Assembly (NCBI GenBank): GCA_001794905.1
Contig: MGLW01000005.1
Span: 38,625 to 51,119 of the forward strand
Reading direction: 5' to 3'
DNA: 12,495 bases
From: Chlamydiae bacterium RIFCSPHIGHO2_12_FULL_49_11
GTDB lineage: Bacteria; Chlamydiota; Chlamydiia; Chlamydiales; 2-12-FULL-49-11
Made by a program: the position numbers and the translations under genes. Positions 1 through 7,012 of the stretch are shown piece by piece; the stretch's first letter is position 1, and each line of letters opens with the position of its first letter. A model generated the notes under the pieces. The model saw nothing but the letters and a program-made list of their open reading frames with translations. It was not told where the DNA came from and did not search any database.

Positions 1-600
1 GTTGCGGGCCTTCCTCCCGCAGGAGGTGCTCAGCCACTGCCGCCATCAAGAGAATTTCAAGCGGCATTTGTCCAGAAAATGAAGGAAATTTTGGCAGAAC
101 CAAATGGAATACACAAACTTACCGAAGGAGATAGATATAATCAGGATTCTATTACGATAAGTTGGACGGACCCGACTGCAGGAGCAAAACAACAAACAAT
201 TTCCGTAAGAGATGCGGTCGCTTATGCAAAATCTCTGGATGGGCCGAATTCGGGATTGTACACGGCAATCATGAAGAATATGAGCGATTCCCACGGTGCT
301 ATGCGGACCGATGTCCACAGCAAAAACACCGAGGCGCAGCAAAAAATGCAAAACTTCAATACGATCGCGCAAACTCTTCACAGCGTTCTGCAAGGAACCG
401 TGCAGGGGGGTGTATACGCACCGAATGCCGACAAAGGGGTGCAAGAAGCCCTTGCGACCTTTGCGAGTACGGAAAAGCAAAGGATCGAGCAGGTTCTCTC
501 TCAACTTGCGCAGCTCATGCAATCGATCGCTTCGCTCATCACCGATTACCTGCAAGGATCGACTTCAATCGCGTCCCACAGTTACGGTATCAACCAGTAA
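1..600 (+). CDS. 5'-truncated hypothetical protein; Gln/Ser/Thr/Ala-rich helical C-terminus, possible T3SS-secreted protein
   Basis: Frame 1 is open from base 1 (VAGLPPAGGAQPLPPSREFQAAFVQK) through the 79..600 ORF to TAA at 598-600, followed by a strong terminator. The true start probably lies upstream of the window. Confidence 0.7.
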   Translation, partial: VAGLPPAGGAQPLPPSREFQAAFVQKMKEILAEPNGIHKLTEGDRYNQDSITISWTDPTAGAKQQTISVRDAVAYAKSLDGPNSGLYTAIMKNMSDSHGAMRTDVHSKNTEAQQKMQNFNTIAQTLHSVLQGTVQGGVYAPNADKGVQEALATFASTEKQRIEQVLSQLAQLMQSIASLITDYLQGSTSIASHSYGINQ

Positions 601-616
601 TTCAAACGCGTTTGAA
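601..616. repeat. Perfect 16-bp palindrome TTCAAACGCGTTTGAA
   Basis: The sequence equals its own reverse complement and sits at the junction of two convergent stop codons. Confidence 0.8.
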
Positions 617-910
617 CTTCGACTTAGGCCGCCGCCGTTTCGGCGGCCTTTTTTTTACCCCGATTTTTTCCTCGAGCAGCCGCCTTTCCATTTCATAATG
701 GGGATGTTTTTTCAGATCCTCTAGCAGCTCGTGCACCGTGATCCCCTTCCCTGTCGCGATTTGTTCGGTGCGCCGGTACAGCTCGCCGTAAAGCCGTTTC
801 AATTCAGAAGTCGCCTCGTCAAGGCGGCCCTTATCTTTTCTTTCCCGCGCTTCCAATGCCTGTGCCACCGCTTTTCTGATATCCTCGACAAGCCGGCTAT
901 CCGAGTTCAT
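602..910 (-). CDS. Hypothetical helical protein (102 aa) with very basic C-terminal tail
   Basis: ATG overlaps the TGA of the upstream minus-strand gene (ATGA, 907-910). Coiled-coil-like composition; tail KKRPPKRRRPKSKFKRV; similar to the 907..1329 product. Confidence 0.7.
   Translation of the reverse strand: MNSDSRLVEDIRKAVAQALEARERKDKGRLDEATSELKRLYGELYRRTEQIATGKGITVHELLEDLKKHPHYEMERRLLEEKIGVKKRPPKRRRPKSKFKRV
626..656 (+). terminator. Rho-independent terminator
   Basis: Perfect 9-bp stem AGGCCGCCG (626-634) / CGGCGGCCT (641-649), 6-nt loop, T-run 649-656, starting 25 nt after the stop at 600. Confidence 0.85.
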
Positions 911-1329
911 GTTTTTTTCCAGTGTTTACGACGCGAACCGGGGAGCTTTTCTTTTTTCTTGATATCGGGCTTCTTTTCTTCGTGAGGCGCATTCGTAGGC
1001 ACAGGACGAAGGGTTTGGAAAAAATCGATCAGGTCTTTTTCAAAGCTTTTATCATATCCGGGAACTTGTTTTGCCGCTTCCAGCGCCTCTTTGTCCGATA
1101 TGTTTTGCCCGATTTCTTGCCGCAGTCCCTGTACCCTTTTTTGCAACTCACTGAGGAGCCGTTGCATTTTCTTTTCCATCTCTTCCTTTTTTTTCTGATT
1201 GTCGGCTACTTTCGCTTGCCGGTAATCGTCAAAAAAGAGCTTCGTTGCATTTTTGAAATGGAATAATTGTTCCTGCTGCTTTTCCCGCGGCAGTGAAATG
1301 TAGTTTATTATAAATTCGAAGTCATCCAT
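907..1329 (-). CDS. Hypothetical coiled-coil protein (about 140 aa) with basic C-terminal tail
   Basis: The track ORF 907..1365 begins at TTG; the ATG at 1329 (MDDFEF...) is the more plausible start. K/E/Q-rich helical sequence ending KKKEKLPGSRRKHWKKT; divergent from scc4. Confidence 0.75.
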   Translation of the reverse strand: MDDFEFIINYISLPREKQQEQLFHFKNATKLFFDDYRQAKVADNQKKKEEMEKKMQRLLSELQKRVQGLRQEIGQNISDKEALEAAKQVPGYDKSFEKDLIDFFQTLRPVPTNAPHEEKKPDIKKKEKLPGSRRKHWKKT

Positions 1330-1373
1330 ACTTAGGATAGATAATGATCCTCTGAGAAAAGTCAAGAGTTTTT

Positions 1374-1763
1374 ATGTTAGAATTTATCCTCAGCGAGATG
1401 CAGCGTATTCTCAAAATCCCCTACCGTGAAAAAAAGGGGACACGGGAACCCCGTTATGTCATCCAGATAGAACCTTTCGAAATCGAAACCTTTACCCATA
1501 ATAACCAAATCTGCCTCTTTGCCGTCGTCGGTGCGCTGCCGACTCCAATTAAGTCTGAATCTCTTGAGTATCTGATGACAGCCAACTTTCTCGGCCAGGG
1601 AACGGGAGGATGCAGTCTCGGTTTTGATAAAAGCGAGAAATACTTGACACTGTCGGCCCGTTTTGACTATGAGGTGAATTATCGTGCCTTTATAGATAAG
1701 GTGGAAGAGGTGATTAATTACATCGATTATTGGAAAAGTGTTCTTTTGGAGTGGAATAAATAA
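1374..1763 (+). CDS. scc4: CesT-family class I T3SS chaperone, CT663/Scc4 orthologue
   Basis: 129 aa; motifs LMTANFLGQGTGGCSLGFD and F..KVEEVINYIDYW match the Scc4 pattern; located directly upstream of cdsD. Confidence 0.85.
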   Translation: MLEFILSEMQRILKIPYREKKGTREPRYVIQIEPFEIETFTHNNQICLFAVVGALPTPIKSESLEYLMTANFLGQGTGGCSLGFDKSEKYLTLSARFDYEVNYRAFIDKVEEVINYIDYWKSVLLEWNK

Positions 1764-1812
1764 TGAAATGGATGTATAGTCGTCGGCACGGCTTGTTAGA
1801 TAGGAAAATAAA

Positions 1813-3525
1813 ATGACCATTGCCTACCTCATCGGAACGGAAGGCCCCTCCAAAGGGCGTGTGATCGAGCTTGTCGATCTTACCGAATGGATTTTCGGCC
1901 GCGACCCTTCTTTGTCTTACTATACCATTGAAGACTCGATGGTATCGCGCCGGCACATGGTCATCCGCCACGAGGACGATGCCTATTTTCTGGAAAATTT
2001 CAGCTCCACGAATCCGGTGAAAGTCGACGGGACGGAAATCGACCGTCTCTACCAGCTCAAAGAAGGGGACGAAATAGAAATCGGCGCCTCCAAGCTCCGC
2101 TTCACCTTTGAAAAACCAGCGCCCGTGCCGGCAGAAGAAGAAAAGGTCTCTACCGAATTTACGATTGAGGAGCCTCTCCCTTACCGCTTTGCTGTCAAAG
2201 TCATCTCGGGACCCAATCAGGGAGCCGAATTCGGCCTCGAAGCCGGCAAAAGTTACCTGATCGGAAAAGACCCTTTCGGGTGCGACATCGTCTTTCAGGA
2301 TATGAGCGTTTCGCGCAAACATGCTAAGATGGAACTCGATGAAGACGGACTCCAGATAGAAGATCTGGAAAGCAAAAACGGTACTTTTGTCAACGGAGAA
2401 AAAATCGACGCCCCTACTCTCCTAGGTTCACAGGATCTGGTGGCGGTGGGAACGACCTCATTTTTGGTCATTGACCATGAAGAGTCTCGGGAAACGCTCT
2501 ACTCTCCGAAAGAGACATTGCTCCATCCCTATCCTGCCGAAGAAGTGATCGCAGTGCCCGGCGATGCCCTGGCCCTTTTGCAAGAGAAGGAAAAAAAACC
2601 TCGGAATTGGAAAGAGCTGCTCATCCCGACCCGCCATTTGATCGTCGCCTCCATTTTTGCCCTCTTCGTCTTTTTCGGCGTCGTCTCCCTCCTGTCCCTT
2701 TTCCGGTCAGAGGAGGTCGTAGCCGAGTCGGTCAATAGCGCCGCGCAGATTCAAATTGCAGTGGGCAAATTCCCCACAGTGGCCTTTAATTATGACAAGG
2801 CCACCGGGAGCCTTTTTTTGTCCGGTCACGTGATGACCGATCTCGACATGTCGGAACTCACCTATCTGCTCGAAACGGTTCCTTTTGTCTCAAAAATCGA
2901 AAATACGGTCGTTGTCGATGAAGGGGTATGGGAATCGACAAACGCCCTCATCCGAAAAAATCCGATCTGGAAAGCGGTGACGATCGGCGGCGAAGGTCCG
3001 GGCGAATTTGTCGCTAGAGGCTACGTAGCCAATCTTGCAGATAAAAATGCCCTGCAAGACTACCTCGATGTCAATTTTCCCTACAACAGCCACTTGAAAG
3101 ACGAGGTGTATGCCGAAGACAGCCTCCGGATCGAGGTCACAAATACTTTGTACGAAACGGGGCTTGCCTCCCTTCCTTTCGAGGTTTCCGGCGGTACCGT
3201 CTCTTTGTCGGGACGCATCAGCCGTGAGGAAGAAAAGAACAAAAATAGCGCCGTCTCTACCATCGAAAAAATCCCCGGCATCCGCAACGTGAAAGATTTT
3301 GTCATTGTAACGACCGTGTCTTCATCTCGCGTCAACATTTCCGATAAATACCAGGTCACCGGCGTATCCAAGCACAACAATAAAAACGAATATGTGCTCA
3401 TCAACGGCCGTATTGTGGGAGAAGGGGATACACTCGAAGGAATGCTCATCACCCAAATTTTGGACAGCGAAATCTATTTGGAAAAAGATCACATGAAATA
3501 TAAGATTGACTACAATGTTCAATAA
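1813..3525 (+). CDS. cdsD: T3SS inner membrane ring protein SctD with two FHA domains, a TM helix and periplasmic BON-like domains
   Basis: FHA motifs GRD...VSRRH...SSTNPV and IGK...VSRKHA...SKNGTFVNG; TM segment LIVASIFALFVFFGVVSLLSLF; C-terminal KYKIDYN typical of chlamydial CdsD; synteny. Confidence 0.93.
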   Translation: MTIAYLIGTEGPSKGRVIELVDLTEWIFGRDPSLSYYTIEDSMVSRRHMVIRHEDDAYFLENFSSTNPVKVDGTEIDRLYQLKEGDEIEIGASKLRFTFEKPAPVPAEEEKVSTEFTIEEPLPYRFAVKVISGPNQGAEFGLEAGKSYLIGKDPFGCDIVFQDMSVSRKHAKMELDEDGLQIEDLESKNGTFVNGEKIDAPTLLGSQDLVAVGTTSFLVIDHEESRETLYSPKETLLHPYPAEEVIAVPGDALALLQEKEKKPRNWKELLIPTRHLIVASIFALFVFFGVVSLLSLFRSEEVVAESVNSAAQIQIAVGKFPTVAFNYDKATGSLFLSGHVMTDLDMSELTYLLETVPFVSKIENTVVVDEGVWESTNALIRKNPIWKAVTIGGEGPGEFVARGYVANLADKNALQDYLDVNFPYNSHLKDEVYAEDSLRIEVTNTLYETGLASLPFEVSGGTVSLSGRISREEEKNKNSAVSTIEKIPGIRNVKDFVIVTTVSSSRVNISDKYQVTGVSKHNNKNEYVLINGRIVGEGDTLEGMLITQILDSEIYLEKDHMKYKIDYNVQ

Positions 3526-3535
3526 TTGATATATG
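3506..3535 (+). promoter_or_regulatory. Possible internal sigma66 promoter upstream of cdsE
   Basis: TTGACT (3506-3511), 18-nt spacer, TATATG (3530-3535) preceded by TG-n. The -10 is imperfect. RBS GGAGA at 3551-3555. Confidence 0.3.
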
Positions 3536-3561
3536 TTAGCGGAAACCATTGGAGATAGCCC

Positions 3562-3816
3562 ATGTTTGGATTAGGAAAAGATGATATGCATAAACAGTTC
3601 TTCACCTACGATCTTGAAAAGAAACTCCAGGATCCAACACAGAAAGAGGCCATTGAAAAAGATATTGAAAACAAGATTCACGCGATTAAAAAACTGTTGA
3701 AAGCGGGAGTCAACGATCAGGAATTTGAAACATGGGGCCACATTTTGCAAGGGTATTATTCCCTTTTGAAAACGGTGGGTGTCATGGCTCAAAATAAACA
3801 GTCGAAGAGGGGGTAA
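3562..3816 (+). CDS. cdsE: T3SS needle co-chaperone CdsE (CT665/YscE-like)
   Basis: 84 aa; pattern F.YDLEK.LQD...KI..IK.LLK.G.....F......L.GY.SL.K; RBS GGAGA; follows cdsD. Confidence 0.85.
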   Translation: MFGLGKDDMHKQFFTYDLEKKLQDPTQKEAIEKDIENKIHAIKKLLKAGVNDQEFETWGHILQGYYSLLKTVGVMAQNKQSKRG

Positions 3817-3819
3817 CCG

Positions 3820-4263
3820 ATGTCGAACCTGAAACAATATGAAGACGACTTCTGGAATTTTATAGAAGCGGGCTTTGTAGCAACAAACCACATGGACGGC
3901 GACTCTGCGGAAAAGTTGTTCATGGCGGCTCACAAGTTAAAGCCGGAACATACCTTTCCGACAATCGGGTTCGGATACATGCAGCTGTGCCGATTACAGG
4001 CAAAGGATGCGGTAGCTTCGTTTCAAAGAGTGCTCGACAAGGAGCCCGAAAACGAAATGGCCAAAGCTCTCCTTGCCATTGCAAAGAGCTTCACCCTTCT
4101 CGAAATGGATAACGCCGACAAAATGCTCGAAGAATTGAGCCGATTTTCGGAAGACAAGGATATCAAGAAGCTGGCCGAAATTGGCAGCAATTTTTTAAAC
4201 CAACATTTAAAAGCCCAGCCGGGTCCTGCCGATCCGAACATGCGGAAACAAAAAGAAAGGTAA
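3820..4263 (+). CDS. cdsG: T3SS TPR needle chaperone CdsG (CT667/YscG-like)
   Basis: 147 aa; N-terminal Y.DDF..FIEAGFVA....D..SA.KLF and TPR-like AVASFQRVLDKEPENEMAKALLAIA; RBS GAGGGG. Confidence 0.87.
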   Translation: MSNLKQYEDDFWNFIEAGFVATNHMDGDSAEKLFMAAHKLKPEHTFPTIGFGYMQLCRLQAKDAVASFQRVLDKEPENEMAKALLAIAKSFTLLEMDNADKMLEELSRFSEDKDIKKLAEIGSNFLNQHLKAQPGPADPNMRKQKER

Positions 4264-4274
4264 GGTGAAGTAAC

Positions 4275-4523
4275 ATGGGAACCTTTGATACCCCGGATAT
4301 TAAAGCCAAACAGCTCATTTGTTTGTATAATACGATGCAAAAAAAGCTTACCTCAAAAGTTGCCTCTTTGACGGCAAAGGGGACGGCAATGACTCCTGGA
4401 GACTTTTTGCTCATCCAGATGCAAATGGCAAAAGTGGCACAAGTGGGAGAATCGCTTTCGAACATGCTAGCTCAGCTTTCGACTGTAGTGCAGAACGCGA
4501 TCCGGAACCAAAAAACCCAGTAA
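4275..4523 (+). CDS. cdsF: T3SS needle subunit, CdsF/SctF-like
   Basis: 82 aa helical hairpin; C-terminal FLLIQMQMAKVAQVGESLSNMLAQLSTVVQNAIRNQK resembles the CdsF C-terminal helix; adjacent to the cdsE/cdsG chaperones. Confidence 0.75.
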   Translation: MGTFDTPDIKAKQLICLYNTMQKKLTSKVASLTAKGTAMTPGDFLLIQMQMAKVAQVGESLSNMLAQLSTVVQNAIRNQKTQ

Positions 4524-4541
4524 GGGGCTTTTTAAAACGTT

Positions 4542-5189
4542 ATGTCCGAAAACTTGCCAAAGGGTCCAATCGATACAACCCCTATCGATCCCACGAAGAG
4601 TGTTTCTCCGCACGAAGAAGGAAAGCCGAGCGCGGAAGAGTTTCGTTCCTATATGGCAGAAGGAACTAAGCCGGGAGAAATTCCGGCAAGCCGGCAGCAA
4701 ATTTCGCCGATGGATTTGCAGAGAAATTTGCAGTCTCCCAGCGCCCCTCCAACGCTGGATCAAGTCCAAACCCAGATGAAAGTCGCGTCGGGACAACTCG
4801 GCGATATCAAAATGCAGCTCCATACGAAGGGTCTCAAACTCAAGCACTCGGACAAGTACTTGATCCGCAATAAACTCACCTCTGCCCATGAAAAACTCCG
4901 CCAAGCGGCTGAAAAAGCCGGAGCGGAAAACCTGCCTGCTCTGGAAGGATTCCAGAATAAAAATCCGATTGAAAAGTTCCTCGCTCTCGTAACAGACGGG
5001 CAAAACCAGATGGATGAGGCGACCAAAATGGTGCAGGAGATGGGAGAAAAGGGAGACCAACTCAATCCGGGAGATATGCTCTATATCCAGATCAAGTTAC
5101 AAAAAGCGGCGCAAGAGCTAGAATTCACGTCGATGATGCTCGGCAGGGCAATCGACATGATCAAAACCCTCTTCAACGTCCAAATTTAA
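4542..5189 (+). CDS. CT668-position protein, candidate T3SS inner rod (SctI-like C-terminus)
   Basis: 215 aa directly upstream of cdsN; Pro-rich disordered N-terminus; C-terminus PGDMLYIQIKLQKAAQELEFTSMMLGRAIDMIKTLFNVQI. Confidence 0.75.
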   Translation: MSENLPKGPIDTTPIDPTKSVSPHEEGKPSAEEFRSYMAEGTKPGEIPASRQQISPMDLQRNLQSPSAPPTLDQVQTQMKVASGQLGDIKMQLHTKGLKLKHSDKYLIRNKLTSAHEKLRQAAEKAGAENLPALEGFQNKNPIEKFLALVTDGQNQMDEATKMVQEMGEKGDQLNPGDMLYIQIKLQKAAQELEFTSMMLGRAIDMIKTLFNVQI

Positions 5190-5195
5190 TCCTTT

Positions 5196-6509
5196 ATGGA
5201 AGGCGAAGATTTCAACGAATTAGAACGGGAGCTCGAAGAACTGGAGCTCACCGCTGTCCATGGACGCATCACCGAAGTGATCGGGATGCTGATCAAAGCA
5301 ATCATCCCGCGCGTGACCCTCGGCGAAATCTGCCTCATTAAACGGGAAGGTATTCCTCTTCTTTCCGAAGTGGTCGGCTTCACGAAAAACGAAGTGTACC
5401 TGTCCCCTCTCGGAGATATGAAGGGGGTCAGCCTCGACTCGGAAGTAATCCCGCTCAAAACCCAAATGCGCATCAAGGTGGGAGAAAAGCTCCTGGGCCG
5501 CGTGCTGAATGGGGTGGGAGAGCCGCTTGACGTCGATAAAAGGGGACCTCTCGTTCTCGATGAAACGTATTCCGTCATCAACGCGCCGCCGAACCCCCTT
5601 TTGAGGCGCATCATCGATAAGCCTATGCCGACCGGCATCCGCGCCATTGACGGCATCCTCACCTGTGGCGAAGGGCAGAGGGTCGGGATTTTTGCAGCGG
5701 CCGGCGGTGGAAAATCGACCCTGCTCGGGATGATCGCACGCTACGCGTCTGCCGACGTGAACGTGATTGCCCTGATCGGGGAGCGGGGCCGCGAAGTGCG
5801 CGAATTCATCGAAAACGATTTGGGGGTCGAGGGCTTAAAACGGTCTGTGGTCATCGTGTCGACCTCGGATCAGTCTGCGCAGCTCCGCATCAACGCCGCC
5901 TACGTAGGTACGGCCATTGCCGAATATTTCCGCGACAAGGGAAAAAAAGTCATCTTGATGATGGACTCGATCACCCGTTTTGCACGGGCGCTTCGTGAAG
6001 TGGGCCTGGCCGCCGGAGAGCCGCCCGCACGAGCAGGATTCACCCCTTCGGTATTTGCCACGTTGCCGCGCCTTCTCGAGCGCTCGGGAAATTCGGAAAA
6101 AGGTTCGATCACCGCATTTTATACAATTCTGGTCGCCGGCGACGACATGAATGAACCGGTGGCTGACGAATCCCGTTCCATCCTGGACGGCCATATCATC
6201 CTTTCACGGGATCTGGCCCATAAGTACCACTACCCTGCCATTGACGTCCTCGCCTCGGTCAGCAGGATTATTTCCCACATCACCACCCCGGAACACATGG
6301 AACTGATCGGAAAACTGCGCGAAGTGCTTTCGAATTACTATAAAAACGAGCTTCTCATCCGCATCGGCGAATACAAGCCCGGCTCCGACCGTGCCGTCGA
6401 CTACGCCCTCAAGCTGATCGACAAAGTACTCCGCTTTCTCAAACAAGAAACCTCGAAGCCTTCTTCGTACGAAGAAACCCTTAACCAACTGCGCCTGCTT
6501 TTTAGATGA
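5196..6509 (+). CDS. cdsN: T3SS ATPase SctN (FliI/YscN family)
   Basis: Walker A AAAGGGKSTLL, ALIGERGREVREF, Walker B ILMMDSITRFARA, GEPP, LLERSG, RSILDGHIILSR, YPAIDVLASVSR. Confidence 0.98.
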   Translation: MEGEDFNELERELEELELTAVHGRITEVIGMLIKAIIPRVTLGEICLIKREGIPLLSEVVGFTKNEVYLSPLGDMKGVSLDSEVIPLKTQMRIKVGEKLLGRVLNGVGEPLDVDKRGPLVLDETYSVINAPPNPLLRRIIDKPMPTGIRAIDGILTCGEGQRVGIFAAAGGGKSTLLGMIARYASADVNVIALIGERGREVREFIENDLGVEGLKRSVVIVSTSDQSAQLRINAAYVGTAIAEYFRDKGKKVILMMDSITRFARALREVGLAAGEPPARAGFTPSVFATLPRLLERSGNSEKGSITAFYTILVAGDDMNEPVADESRSILDGHIILSRDLAHKYHYPAIDVLASVSRIISHITTPEHMELIGKLREVLSNYYKNELLIRIGEYKPGSDRAVDYALKLIDKVLRFLKQETSKPSSYEETLNQLRLLFR

Positions 6510-7012
6510 AACAACCGAAATATCCCCTCGAACAAGTCTATGCCATTAAGGAAAAGAGACTGGAAGAGGCCGAAAAAAAACTCCGCCTTGCCAAGGAAAC
6601 GTACGAAAGGGAATGCAAACGTCTCGAAGAGTGCAAGGAAAGCTACAACAAAGCCAAAGCGTTCAAAAACCAGAAAATCCGCACCTACCTCGACGAGCTG
6701 CAAGAAGGACTTAATACCCTTGAGATAGAACGCCATCTCAAATACATCAAAAATGTGGTCGATGAAGAGGTAAAACGGGAAAAGAAAAAAGTCGATGACC
6801 AGCAAATCGTCGTGAATGAAGCCCATGCCAAAGTCATCGAGGCGCGAGCCGAACGCAAGCGTTGCGAGCTGGAAATGGAAAAGCTCCGACTCCATCAAAA
6901 AGAATGGGTTAAAGAGGCAAACCTCGAAATCGAAAGGAAGGAGCAGAGCGAAGCAGACGAGATCGGCTCCAACGTTCACGAAATGCGCAAGCGGCGCGAA
7001 AAAAACAATTGA
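6506..7012 (+). CDS. cdsO: T3SS stalk protein SctO (CT670)
   Basis: 168 aa coiled coil starting KYPLEQV..IK..R...AEK and ending EQSEADEIG; ATGA overlap with cdsN. Confidence 0.9.
   Translation: MKQPKYPLEQVYAIKEKRLEEAEKKLRLAKETYERECKRLEECKESYNKAKAFKNQKIRTYLDELQEGLNTLEIERHLKYIKNVVDEEVKREKKKVDDQQIVVNEAHAKVIEARAERKRCELEMEKLRLHQKEWVKEANLEIERKEQSEADEIGSNVHEMRKRREKNN

Noticed and set aside
46-724. Overlapping ORFs 46..555(-), 162..698(+) and 296..724(+)
   Set aside because: Their Arg/Cys-rich composition is typical of non-coding frames, and the two + ORFs run through the terminator.
1330-1365. TTG start at 1365, or a TTGACT -35 box on the minus strand
   Set aside because: It would leave only 8 bp to the scc4 start, so ATG 1329 is preferred. 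No well-spaced -10 matches the TTGACT, so no promoter was called.
4326-4331. TATAAT inside the needle gene
   Set aside because: No convincing -35 or extended -10 at the correct spacing, and it lies within coding sequence.
4510-4533. Weak hairpin plus T-run after the needle gene (possible attenuator)
   Set aside because: The stem has only about 3 GC pairs and is imperfect, so support is insufficient.
5196-6509. Flagellar FliI or F1-ATPase assignment
   Set aside because: The context (SctD, needle chaperones, SctO, SctQ, Scc4) identifies the injectisome ATPase.
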